Source: Candidatus Moraniibacteriota bacterium
GTDB taxonomy: Bacteria; Patescibacteriota; Minisyncoccia; Moranbacterales; UBA2206
Length of the DNA stretch: 21,860 bases
Assembly (NCBI GenBank): GCA_049303905.1
Contig: JBAQNP010000036.1
Span: 1 to 21,860 of the forward strand
Direction: 5' to 3'
In this document: in pieces, positions 10,258 through 19,519 of the stretch
Layout: each line of letters starts with the position of its first letter
Position numbering within the stretch: position 1 is the first letter of the stretch
Notes under the pieces: model-generated
Databases searched by the model: none
What the model saw: only the letters and a program-made list of their open reading frames with translations
What the model was told of the DNA's origin: nothing
Position numbers and translations under genes: made by a program

Positions 10258-10907
10258 CCCTGTGGTGAGCGAAGCGAGATACAGGGATGATGGCGTGCTT
10301 TTTGTAGAACGATCCAGCGAGTTAGTTCTATGTCGTTGACTAAGCAACTTTATGTTGCGGAGTCGTAGTGAAAGCGAGCCTGAAAGGGCGAACTTAAATG
10401 GCATGGACTAGACCCGAAGCCAGGTGAGCTATTTATGAGCAGGGTGAATTTGCTGTAAAAGGCAAAGGAGGCCCGAACCCACGCACCGTGCAACATGCGG
10501 GGATGACTTGTGAATAGAGGAGAAATTCCAATCGAACTTGGCGATAGCTGGTTCTTCCCGAAATAGCTTGAGGGCTAGCGTTTGAAAACTATGCTTTGGA
10601 GGTAGAGCTACTGAATGAGAATTCGCGGTTCGCCGTAGGGTTCTCAACCAAACTCCGAATTCCAAAGTAATTATTCAAGCAGTCAGTACTCCGGGGCTAA
10701 GCTCGGAGCACAAGAGGGAAAAAGCCCATGATCGCAATCTAAGGTCCCAAAATTTATGTTAAGTGGGAAAGGAAGTAAAGTTTCTTATACACCTAGGAGG
10801 TTGGCTCAGAAGCAGCCATCCTTTAAAGAGTGCGTAACAGCTCACTAGTCTAGAGACTTTGCGCCGAAAATTCAACGGGGCTCAAACATAATACCGAAGA
10901 TGCGGGC

Positions 10908-11015
10908 ACGTAAATTTCTCAAAGGAAGATAATCTAATTTTGTGAATTTTTAAAATTTCACGTAAGCGCTTGCAAACAAGCGAAGTTAGATTTTGTCTTT
11001 TGAGAAATTTACGTG
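10908..11015 (+). other. Intervening/expansion segment in 23S helix 45. A perfect 17-bp outer stem (CACGTAAATTTCTCAAA / TTTGAGAAATTTACGTG) encloses branched inner hairpins.
   Basis: Placed by alignment to E. coli around position 1170. Stem seen directly. Confidence 0.5.
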
Positions 11016-11995
11016 CGGTAGGGAAGCGTTCCATAAGCGCTGAAGGTCGAGCGTGAGCAAGGCTGGAGTTTATGGAAGTGAGAATGCTGGAACGAGTAAC
11101 CGCAATTGGGGTGAGAACCCCCAACACCGAAAGTCTAAGGTTTCCTGGGCAATGTCAATCAACTCAGGGTTAGTCGGGCCTAAGGCGAGGCCGAAAGGCG
11201 TAGTCGATGGACACACGGTTAATATTCCGAGACTTTCGTGTTATTTGATGGAGGGACGCATTGCTGTACTTTCTGCGAGTAATTGGATTCACGTAGGAGT
11301 ATTGAGAGCGTATAGTAGGAAAATCCGCTATACAATAGTTCAAGATACTTCTCGAATTCTGCTTTACGGCAGGAGAAGAGAAAGGAGCGCGGTGCCTGGA
11401 AAAACTTCTAAAATTAGTAACACGAAAACCGTACTAAAACCGACACAGGTAGACTGGGCGAGTAGCCTAAGGTGAACGAGTGAACCTTCGTTAAGGAACT
11501 CGGCAAAATAGCGTCCGTAACCTAGGGATATGGACTCCCCGATGCAAATCGGGGCGCAGCGAAAGATACCAAGCGACTGTTTACCAAAAACACAGGTCTC
11601 TGCAAACCCGTAAGGGGATGTATAGGGGCTGACGCCTGACCAGTGCTGGAACGTTAACGGGAGCGGTGCAAGCCAATCCCCGAAGCGCCAGTGAACGTCA
11701 GCGATAACTATAATCGTTCTAAGGTAGCGAAATTCCTTGACAGGTAAATTCTGTCCCGCATTAAAGGCGTAACGACTTGGTAACTGTCTTAACGAAGAGC
11801 TCGGTGAAATTGCAATGACGGTAAAGATGCCGTCGACCTGCAGCAAGACGAAAAGACCCCGTGGAGCTTTACTACAACTTGGTATTGAATTTGAGATTGT
11901 GCTGCCTAGTATAGGTGGGAGACTTTGAAGTCCTGACTCTGGTTAGGATGGAGTCAAAATATGTAATACCACTCTGTATAGTTTTAAATTCTAAC

Positions 11996-12143
11996 CCTGG
12001 GCTGTTATGAGTCACAAAAGACTTATGATTTTGAGCCGTTAAATATGATATATTTAAAAGAGGATTAGATTAGACGAAGTTGTAATTATCGTATTTACGG
12101 TTCATAAATTTGTAAGTCGTTTTGGTTATTCATACCAGTCCGG
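11996..12143 (+). other. Expansion of about 125 extra nt in 23S helix 79, relative to the ~22-nt hairpin in E. coli.
   Basis: Flanked by conserved TTCTAACC and GGACAGTGCCTGGCGGGTAGTTTGACTGGGGCGGTC blocks. The extra length is not simple-repeat sequence. Confidence 0.4.
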
Positions 12144-12154
12144 GGACAGTGCCT

Positions 12155-12190
<36 letters not shown>

Positions 12191-12351
12191 GGCAACGGAG
12201 GCGTTTACAAAGGTTGGCTAGACTCGGATGGAAATCGAGTCGATAGTGCAAAAGCATAAGCCAGCTTTACTGCGAGACTTATTAGTCGATCAGTTACGAA
12301 AGTAGAATTTAGTGAACCGACTGTCGCATATAGATGCGCAGAAGATCATCA

Positions 12352-12384
<33 letters not shown>

Positions 12385-12410
12385 CCATCCAAGAGTCCAT
12401 ATCGACGATG

Positions 12411-12470
<60 letters not shown>

Positions 12471-12516
12471 TGGCTGTTCGCCAATTAAAGCGGTACGTGA
12501 GCTGGGTTCAAACCGT

Positions 12517-13236
12517 TAAGTAGCTTTTTAGCTAATTAGCTCTTAGCTTTTTAGAAAAAAGGTGATTTAACAGTTTGAACCCGAGGAAAACGACATCAAA
12601 ATCACGGCGGCCTTAAGGAGTAATCTTTAAGTGCGAAACTGACTCATATCGATGAAATCCTGTTGCATGACAAACCGTCATGTGTTAGGATAATATCGAG
12701 GGAAGTCGTATATGTTAAAATCAATTTCGTCAACAAAAAAATCTTATCTAGCTGGTTTTCTAGATGCTGATGGAAGCATTTATGTACAAGCGAAACCAAA
12801 CAGAACTTATCGTTTTGGGTTTCAGATTGTGTCATATATTGTTTTTTATCAATCAGCAAAAGATGCCGATTCTTTTTCGAAGGTATGTTCATTAATAAAA
12901 TTTGGACATAAACGATTAAGAAAAGATGGCATTATAGAACACATCATCAGTAAACAAGAAGATATTATTATGTTTATTAAATTAATTGAGTCTTATATCA
13001 TAATGAAGCAAGCTCAGATAAAATTATTAAAAAATATAATTAATCTTAAAAAGAAAGTTAGAAATAAGAAAGATTTTATAAAGTTGATAAATTTGGTGGA
13101 TAAATTTCGTGAATTGAATTATTCAAAAAAACGAAAAAAACGTACATTGACCCCGTAGAGACTAAACGTCAGTCTCCTGAAATTTTTTTGGGATGAAGGT
13201 ATAGTCCAATGCACGTAGTAATACGTGGAAAACATG
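12517..13236 (+). mobile_element. Group I intron inserted in 23S rRNA at the E. coli 2593-equivalent site (...GGGTTCAAACCGT | CGTGAGACAGGTTGG...), which is the I-CreI-type homing site.
   Basis: The exon sequence is continuous and conserved across the gap. The upstream exon ends in U and the insert ends in G (omega-G). The insert contains a LAGLIDADG ORF. Confidence 0.75.
12712..13158 (+). CDS. LAGLIDADG-family homing endonuclease (single-motif, I-CreI-like, presumably homodimeric) encoded within the 23S group I intron.
   Basis: Motif LAGFLDADGSI near the N-terminus. 148 aa. The ORF lies wholly inside the intron. Confidence 0.85.
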   Translation: MLKSISSTKKSYLAGFLDADGSIYVQAKPNRTYRFGFQIVSYIVFYQSAKDADSFSKVCSLIKFGHKRLRKDGIIEHIISKQEDIIMFIKLIESYIIMKQAQIKLLKNIINLKKKVRNKKDFIKLINLVDKFRELNYSKKRKKRTLTP

Positions 13237-13895
13237 CGTGAGACAGGTTGGTCTCCTATCTGCTGTAGGCGTTATTGCTTGAGAGGACTTTTTCCTAGTA
13301 CGAGAGGACCGGAAAGAACAAACCTCTGGTGTACCAGCTGTTCCGCCAGGAGCACTGCTGGGTAGCTACGTTTGGACGGGATAACCGCTGAAAGCATATA
13401 AGCGGGAAGCCCACCTCAAGATTAGGCAATCCCTTGCACCAATTTTGGGAAAATTTTTTGTAACATAAAATCAGAGGCGAAGCCGATGCTTCGCATCAAT
13501 CTTATGGATATCAGAGAATATTTCTAAAATTGGTGTTAGGGCGATTTCCTGGAAGATGACCAGGTTGATAGGTTTCAGGTGAAAGCACAGCGATGTGTTA
13601 AGCCAAGAAATACTAATAAATTGAACTTTATCTCTCTTAATTTTGATTATCATGTAACATGAAACACAAAACATGAAACAATTCTTTGGATTTGATTCGT
13701 GTTGCGTGCTGCGTGTTATGTGATTTAGGTTAGCAGTTAGAAATTACTAAATTAGCATTTTGTATGAAAAAATATAAGGAAAGTTTGAAGTTTATTTTTA
13801 CAATTTTTACCCTCATAATGACGACCGTAGTATTTTTCATGTTTTTTTCTCCAGTAATTAATGCTTTTTGAAAGAATATATAAGAGAGCATTATT

Positions 13896-14001
13896 TTGGT
13901 GGCTCTAGCGAAGTGGCTACACCTGATCCCATTCCGAACTCAGCAGTTAAGCACTTCAGCGCCGATGGTACCTCTTACGAGGGAGAGTAGGCCGCCGCCA
14001 G
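13896..14001 (+). rRNA. rrf: 5S rRNA.
   Basis: Conserved 5S blocks CCTGATCCCATTCCGAACTCAG, GCGCCGATGGTA and GAGAGTAGG. Terminal helix TGGTGGC/GCCGCCGCCA. Confidence 0.85.
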
Positions 14002-14046
14002 AATAATGCTCTTTTTTGTTTTCTAAAAATATGCTAAAATATTTTT

Positions 14047-14853
14047 ATGGAACTAGAAAATACCCAACGTAAAAAATATATTATAATATTCATCTATATA
14101 ACTTTTTTTATCCTGATTATTCTCGGTCTTTATTTTGCGTTTAAAACAGAAGAAACTTGCACAGATGGAAGACAAAATCAAAATGAGCATGGTATTGATT
14201 GTGGGGGAGTTTGCCAAAAAGAATGCAATACAATAATAGCGAAGGATTTGACAATTGTAAAAATTGGCGTAGTCTTCTCTGGTATTTCTGGAAAATATGA
14301 TTTTTATGCAAAAATAGCTAATCCAAATGCGGTTTTTGGTGATAAAAATTTTGCTTATGAAATAAACTTTAAAGATGAAGCGGGTAGTATTATTGCTACT
14401 AAAAAAGGCTCTAGTTTTATTCTACCAAGCGAGGAAAAATATGTAGTGGAAACCAATATCGAGGCACCAAGCGTTCCTTTTTCTCAAGAGTTTAAAATAC
14501 TTAGTTCTGACTGGATGCGATTTGAGGATTATTATGAAAAGCCAGATATTCAAATTATTAATAAAAATTATAGCGAAATTTCTAGTGGAACAGGTTTTGC
14601 TAACGCACAAGGCTTGCTTCGCAATCGTAGCCCCTATGATTTTGATAATATAAAAATACAAATTATATTAAAAGATTCTACTGATAATATTCTGGCGCTT
14701 AATTCCACTCAGATGGGGACAATTAAGGCAGGGGAAGATCGGGATTTCAAAACTTTTTGGCCGAGTAGTTTCCCTGGCACAGTAAATACGATGGAAGCTC
14801 AAGCGGAGGTGAATATTTTCAATTCGGAAGCTTTTCTAAAGCGAACATACTAG
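14047..14853 (+). CDS. Hypothetical membrane-anchored protein. One N-terminal TM helix, a Cys-rich segment (CTDGRQNQNEHGIDCGGVCQKEC), then two tandem ~50-aa beta-rich repeats. Its stop overlaps the start of the SEDS gene.
   Basis: ORF of 268 aa. Hydrophobic N-terminus. Internal repeats AKIANPNAVFGDKNFAYEINFKDEAGSIIA... and AQGLLRNRSPYDFDNIKIQIILKDSTDNILA... seen by eye. Confidence 0.6.
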   Translation: MELENTQRKKYIIIFIYITFFILIILGLYFAFKTEETCTDGRQNQNEHGIDCGGVCQKECNTIIAKDLTIVKIGVVFSGISGKYDFYAKIANPNAVFGDKNFAYEINFKDEAGSIIATKKGSSFILPSEEKYVVETNIEAPSVPFSQEFKILSSDWMRFEDYYEKPDIQIINKNYSEISSGTGFANAQGLLRNRSPYDFDNIKIQIILKDSTDNILALNSTQMGTIKAGEDRDFKTFWPSSFPGTVNTMEAQAEVNIFNSEAFLKRTY

Positions 14854-14854
14854 T

Positions 14855-15940
14855 ATGAATAAACTTTTCAAGTTGGATTGGGTTTTGTTAATTTCAATAA
14901 GTCTACTTCTCATCATTAGTCTGTTAATAATCTATAGTGTTTCTTTCTCTGGGGCAAATTTTAATCCGGCAAATTTTCAAAAACAAATAATTTCTATTAT
15001 CATCGGTATCGGAGCGATATTTTTTTTGTCTTTTTTTGACTATCGATTATTAAATTCACATAGCACTAAATTATATTTTTTAATGCTGATTATCTTAATG
15101 GCGGTTATTCTATTTGGAAAAACAGTTAAGGGCAATACCGGCTGGTTGGAGTTTTTCTTTTTCAACTTTCAGCCCGTAGAACTGGCTAAAATTATTATGG
15201 TTATTTTTTTGGCTAGTTTTCTTAGTAAAAAAAAGACGCAACTAAGTATTTTTGTGCGAATAATTTCTTCTATAGTGCTTATTTTTATCCCAATTTTTCT
15301 CATCATGAAACAACCTGATTTGGGCTCTGCAACAATAATTCTAGCTAGTTGGCTCACCCTTCTTTTGGCTTCGGGGCTCAACAAAAAAAATTTAGCGTTG
15401 CTTTTGATTTTTGGAATTTTAACTACCTCATCCAGTTGGTTTTTTCTTAAGGATTATCAAAAAAATCGAATAATAAACTTTATAAAGCCTGAGCATGATC
15501 CAATGGGTAGTGGATATAATGTGATTCAAGCGACTATTGCAGTCGGTTCAGGAGGAATGTTTGGTAGTGGATTGGGTCGTGGTTCGCAATCACAATTGAA
15601 TTTTTTGCCGGAAAAACACACTGACTTTATTTTCTCCGTGATTACTGAAGAGCTGGGTCTAGTAGGCGCGATGTCTATTTTTGTGCTTTTTGGAATTATC
15701 TTTTGGCGGATAAAAGAAACCGCAAGGCTCGCGCGAGATAATTTCGGCTATCTGCTAACATTGGGAATTCTATCAATTTTATTTTTTCAATTTCTCATAA
15801 ATGTTGGTATGAACATCGGCGTTATGCCCGTCGCCGGAGTACCCTTGGCATTTTTGAGTTATGGTGGCAGTTCGATGGTAATTATGCTTAGCGCTATTGG
15901 GCTAGTTGAAAGTGTCTATTCGAGAAGGATTAAAAACTAA
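14855..15940 (+). CDS. SEDS-family peptidoglycan glycosyltransferase (RodA/FtsW/SpoVE).
   Basis: Conserved SEDS blocks FQPVELAKIIMVIFLASFL, PEKHTDFIFSVITEELGLVG and GVMPVAGVPLAFLSYGGSSM. About 10 TM helices. Its proximity to murA-mreB and the absence of a dcw cluster favour RodA. Confidence 0.85.
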   Translation: MNKLFKLDWVLLISISLLLIISLLIIYSVSFSGANFNPANFQKQIISIIIGIGAIFFLSFFDYRLLNSHSTKLYFLMLIILMAVILFGKTVKGNTGWLEFFFFNFQPVELAKIIMVIFLASFLSKKKTQLSIFVRIISSIVLIFIPIFLIMKQPDLGSATIILASWLTLLLASGLNKKNLALLLIFGILTTSSSWFFLKDYQKNRIINFIKPEHDPMGSGYNVIQATIAVGSGGMFGSGLGRGSQSQLNFLPEKHTDFIFSVITEELGLVGAMSIFVLFGIIFWRIKETARLARDNFGYLLTLGILSILFFQFLINVGMNIGVMPVAGVPLAFLSYGGSSMVIMLSAIGLVESVYSRRIKN

Positions 15941-15947
15941 ATTAAGA

Positions 15948-15976
15948 TTGACGTGTTTTGATATCTATGCTAGAAT
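15948..15976 (+). promoter_or_regulatory. Candidate promoter for the L25 gene: TTGACG, 17-nt spacer, TAGAAT.
   Basis: Seen directly. Confidence 0.35.
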
Positions 15977-16026
15977 TTTCTAGATAAAGCTTTTAGCTTT
16001 TTTTAATTTTTATTTCACTTGAGAGC

Positions 16027-16121
16027 GGACTTTACGAACTACGAAATTAATACTAAATACGAAAGTACGAAAAGAGAGTCTGATTGTTTCGTATTTCGCC
16101 AATTTCGTAGTTCGTAAATCC
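16027..16121 (+). promoter_or_regulatory. Long imperfect hairpin of about 95 nt in the 5' leader of the L25 gene. Outer arms GGACTTTACGAACTACGAAATT / AATTTCGTAGTTCGTAAATCC, inner arms AAATACGAAA / TTTCGTATTT. Candidate cis-regulatory leader structure.
   Basis: Inverted repeats seen directly. Ends 20 nt before the ATG at 16141. Confidence 0.4.
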
Positions 16122-16140
16122 TAGGTAGAGTGGCAAAAAC

Positions 16141-16821
16141 ATGGATAAAGTAAAATTAGTAGCTAAGACCAGAGAAGTCTTTGGGAGAAAGACTAAGACT
16201 GGAAAAAAAGAAGGCTTATTTCCTGCGGTAGTTTATGGAAAAAAAGTGACTCCAAAAAGCCTTTGGGTTAATGCGATTGAATTTGCAAAACTTCTTAGGA
16301 AATCAGGAGAAAGTACAATGATTGAATTGGAAATCGATGAAAAAGACAAAAGAAATGTGATTATATATGAAATTCAAAAAGATCCATTGATGGGTAATTT
16401 TATCCACGCTGATTTTTTCCAAGTAAGAATGGATGAAGAAATTGAAAAAGCAGTGGAAGTTGTTTATATCGGAGAAGCACCTGCTGTGAAAGAATTGGGT
16501 GGGGTATTGGTTAAGAGTTTGGATGAAATTACGGTTAAGTGTTTACCAGCAGATTTGCCTTCTGAAATTGAGGTTGATATTGCAGGACTTAAAACTTTTG
16601 AAGATCATATTTGTATTAAGGATCTTAAGATTTCTCCAAAAGTAAAAATTGAACTTGAGCCGGAGACCGTAGTAGCTCTTGTTTCCCCTCCTCGAAGCGA
16701 AGAAGAATTGTCTGGGCTTTCAGAGAAAGTTGAAGCGGATGTGACAAAAGTTGAAGGAGTGATCAAGAAAGAAAAGCCAGCTGAAGGAGAAGAAACCAAA
16801 AAAGAAGAAACAAAGAAATAG
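16141..16821 (+). CDS. rplY: 50S ribosomal protein L25 / general stress protein Ctc (bL25, long form with an acidic/Lys-rich C-terminal tail).
   Basis: The N-terminus MDKVKLVAKTREVFGRKTKTGKKEGLFPAVVYG and the two-domain L25/Ctc layout are recognisable. 226 aa. Confidence 0.85.
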   Translation: MDKVKLVAKTREVFGRKTKTGKKEGLFPAVVYGKKVTPKSLWVNAIEFAKLLRKSGESTMIELEIDEKDKRNVIIYEIQKDPLMGNFIHADFFQVRMDEEIEKAVEVVYIGEAPAVKELGGVLVKSLDEITVKCLPADLPSEIEVDIAGLKTFEDHICIKDLKISPKVKIELEPETVVALVSPPRSEEELSGLSEKVEADVTKVEGVIKKEKPAEGEETKKEETKK

Positions 16822-16850
16822 CTTATAAAATATAGGAAATATTTCAAGAA

Positions 16851-16886
16851 CTGTCCGCCTCATCGGCGGGCAGTTTTGTTTTTTTC
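16851..16886 (+). terminator. Strong Rho-independent terminator: stem CTGTCCGCC/GGCGGGCAG, loop TCATC, then TTTTGTTTTTTT.
   Basis: Seen directly, 30 nt after the rplY stop. Confidence 0.7.
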
Positions 16887-16894
16887 AAAAAATT

Positions 16895-16903
16895 TGCTAT
16901 AAT
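16895..16903 (+). promoter_or_regulatory. Extended -10 promoter element TGcTATAAT, 13 nt upstream of the ATG at 16916 (very short leader).
   Basis: Seen directly. Confidence 0.35.
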
Positions 16904-16915
16904 AAATTAAAGAAT

Positions 16916-18160
16916 ATGAAAGTTATTAGCAAGAAAATAGTATTGTTTATTTTTATAGTCGTTTTTATGGCGATTAGTTTTAACGGTGGAACATTTTTTG
17001 CGCAAGCAGAGGATGATGTAGATGATATTAAGGATGATATGAGTAAGTTGCAAAATAAAATTGAAAAAGAAGAAAAGGAACTTCAACAAAATCAATCAGA
17101 ACTTAATGTTACTCAAAAGCAAATAAGCACTACAACACAGCAGCTCAATCAGACAAAAGAAGAAATTTCCAGAAAAGAAAAAGAAATTGAAAATCTTGAA
17201 AATAGGATTGAATTGAATAAGAAGGTTATGATGGCTTATGCGCAAGAAATGTATTCGGAGGACGCAGAGATTTTTTGGACGCTAGGCTTAAGCAATATTA
17301 AATTTAATGAATATTTCGAAAACTTTGATCAAATGCTTAATGTTAAAGAAAAATTTCTTGCTGTGGCGGAAGAAATAAAAAAAGATAAGAGTAAAACGGT
17401 AGTTGTGAAAGAAGAATTAGCCGAAAAAAAAGAAGAACACGAAGAACTTTTAGCGATAAAGCAAGCCGAAAAAAAAGAAATAGTAAGTGATATTGTCGAA
17501 ACTCAAGCAACGATTGAGGAGCTACAAAAAAAGTTAGCAGAATTACAAAGTGACTTATTGAAAGTGACGGGTACATCATACAGTGCTAAAAACATTCAGG
17601 AGGCAGTGGAATATGCCAGTGGAAAAACCGGAGTGCCAAAAGGCGTGTTATACGGGTTTTTGAAAATGGAGACAAATCTTGGAGCTAATACCGGTCAATG
17701 TACCTATAAAAAAGTAGTGGAAGTAGCTTTGGCGAGATATAAATCACTTCTCAAGAAGAATAAAAAATGGCAGTCTTCAATAGATTTACTCAATAAAAGA
17801 GAGGATCTTTTTTATGATATAGTGAAAGATCTTGGATACAGTAAAGATAAGAAAGTATCCTGTTCACCTAGCGGATATATCGGCCAAGGAGGTGCAATGG
17901 GAGTTTCACAATTCATGTCGGATGTTTGGAAAGGTTATGAATCTCAAATAACAGCTAATACAGGGCATAAAAAACCTGATCCTTGGAATATTACTGACGG
18001 AGTGATGGCTATGGCGATAAAACTAAAAAAAGCTGGAGCTACTTCAGATAGTTCCTCAACAATAAAGAAAGCTTCTATTAATTATTTAGGGACTTTTAAC
18101 AACAATTATTATAGTGGAATTGTGTATTGGGCGAAAAATTATAAAAATCTCTTTAAATAA
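16916..18160 (+). CDS. Secreted or membrane-anchored protein: signal/anchor peptide, long coiled-coil region, and a C-terminal lytic-transglycosylase (SLT)-like domain. Putative cell-wall hydrolase with PcsB/EnvC-like architecture.
   Basis: Hydrophobic N-terminus. Heptad-rich region about aa 40-200. C-terminal motifs LKMETNLGAN (candidate catalytic Glu) and GAMGVSQFM (compare the SLT GLMQ motif). Confidence 0.6.
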   Translation: MKVISKKIVLFIFIVVFMAISFNGGTFFAQAEDDVDDIKDDMSKLQNKIEKEEKELQQNQSELNVTQKQISTTTQQLNQTKEEISRKEKEIENLENRIELNKKVMMAYAQEMYSEDAEIFWTLGLSNIKFNEYFENFDQMLNVKEKFLAVAEEIKKDKSKTVVVKEELAEKKEEHEELLAIKQAEKKEIVSDIVETQATIEELQKKLAELQSDLLKVTGTSYSAKNIQEAVEYASGKTGVPKGVLYGFLKMETNLGANTGQCTYKKVVEVALARYKSLLKKNKKWQSSIDLLNKREDLFYDIVKDLGYSKDKKVSCSPSGYIGQGGAMGVSQFMSDVWKGYESQITANTGHKKPDPWNITDGVMAMAIKLKKAGATSDSSSTIKKASINYLGTFNNNYYSGIVYWAKNYKNLFK

Positions 18161-18191
18161 AAACAAAATTAGTTTGAGTTGATTTTATCGG

Positions 18192-18224
18192 CCACATATA
18201 GTATAGTCTATATGTGGTTTTATT
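18192..18224 (+). terminator. Rho-independent terminator: 10-bp stem CCACATATAG/CTATATGTGG, then TTTTATT.
   Basis: Seen directly, 30 nt after the stop of the coiled-coil gene. Confidence 0.6.
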
Positions 18225-18243
18225 ATAATTTTAAGCCTAATTT

Positions 18244-19506
18244 ATGGAACATTTTGAAATAATTGGTGGGAAAAAACTAGCTGGCTCAATTGATGTGCGG
18301 GGCTCAAAAAACGCCACGACGCCAATTTTAGCTGCGACAATTTTGACTAAAAAAGAATGTATTTTGGAAAATCTTCCGCTTATCGAAGATGTTTTTCGGA
18401 TGATTGAAATTTTGGAAAGTATGGGGGCAAAAATCAAGTGGTTGGGAAAAAGAAAAATTTCCATCAAAAACGAAAAAATAAATCCACAAAAATTGGATGT
18501 AGAAAAGATAAAAAAATTGCGCTCTTCAATTTTGCTTTTGGGATCATTGTCAGCTAGATTCGATAATTTCAAACTTTATCACCCGGGTGGTTGTGTGATT
18601 GGCAAGAGACCGCTGGGTACCCATTTTGAAGCGATGCGTAAGATGGGAATTGAAATTTCACAAAATGAAAAATTCTATAATGTAAATTCTAAAAAAAGAA
18701 AAACCACGAAAGTTGTACTGCGAGAACTTTCGGTGACAGCTACAGAAAACGCGATGATGCTCGCAACAGGAATGAGGGGAAAAACAATCATAAAAATTGC
18801 GGCTTGCGAGCCACACGTGGAGGATTTGGGTAGATTCCTAATTTCTCTAGGAGCCAAGATCGATGGCCTTGGAACGCATACTTTGAAAATAACGGGCTCA
18901 AAAAATTTGCATGGAGCGCGTCATAAAATTATTCCTGATGCTAATGAAGCAGCTACTTTCTTGATTTTAGCAGTAGCCACTCAAAGTCCAATCGTTATTA
19001 ATAATACTTGTGAAGATCATCTGGATTTGGTTTTGGAAAAACTCAGAGAATTTGGCGCGGATTTTAAATGCACAAAAAATTCTATTCGAGTTATCCCAGC
19101 TAAAAAACTGCGAGCTGTTTCCAAAATTGACACTCGAACCTATCCTGGTGTGCCATCTGATGTGCAGGCGCCTTTTGGAGTTCTAGCGACACAAGCAACA
19201 GGTGAGACTCTAATTCATGATTCACTCTATGAGAATCGTTTTAACTACATTGGAGAACTAAAAAGAATGGGCGCGCGGGCTAAAATTCTTGATCCACATA
19301 GAGTGGTAATTAGCGGTCCGAAAAAATTAATCGGAAAAGAAATCACCAGCTTTGATCTTCGTGCTGGCGCCACACTCATTATTGCTGGACTTTTGGCAAA
19401 AGGAAAAACTGTCATAAAGGATATTTATCAAGTCGATAGAGGATATGAGAAAATAGAAGAAAGATTGAAAAAATTGGGAGCACAAATAAGGAGAATTAAA
19501 AATTAA
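18244..19506 (+). CDS. murA: UDP-N-acetylglucosamine 1-carboxyvinyltransferase.
   Basis: EPSP-synthase fold. The N-terminus (IIGGKKLAGSIDVRGSKNATTPILAA) and the active-site loop (GGCVIGKRPLGTH, with Cys) are typical of MurA. 420 aa. Confidence 0.9.
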   Translation: MEHFEIIGGKKLAGSIDVRGSKNATTPILAATILTKKECILENLPLIEDVFRMIEILESMGAKIKWLGKRKISIKNEKINPQKLDVEKIKKLRSSILLLGSLSARFDNFKLYHPGGCVIGKRPLGTHFEAMRKMGIEISQNEKFYNVNSKKRKTTKVVLRELSVTATENAMMLATGMRGKTIIKIAACEPHVEDLGRFLISLGAKIDGLGTHTLKITGSKNLHGARHKIIPDANEAATFLILAVATQSPIVINNTCEDHLDLVLEKLREFGADFKCTKNSIRVIPAKKLRAVSKIDTRTYPGVPSDVQAPFGVLATQATGETLIHDSLYENRFNYIGELKRMGARAKILDPHRVVISGPKKLIGKEITSFDLRAGATLIIAGLLAKGKTVIKDIYQVDRGYEKIEERLKKLGAQIRRIKN

Positions 19507-19519
19507 TTTTTTAATATAT

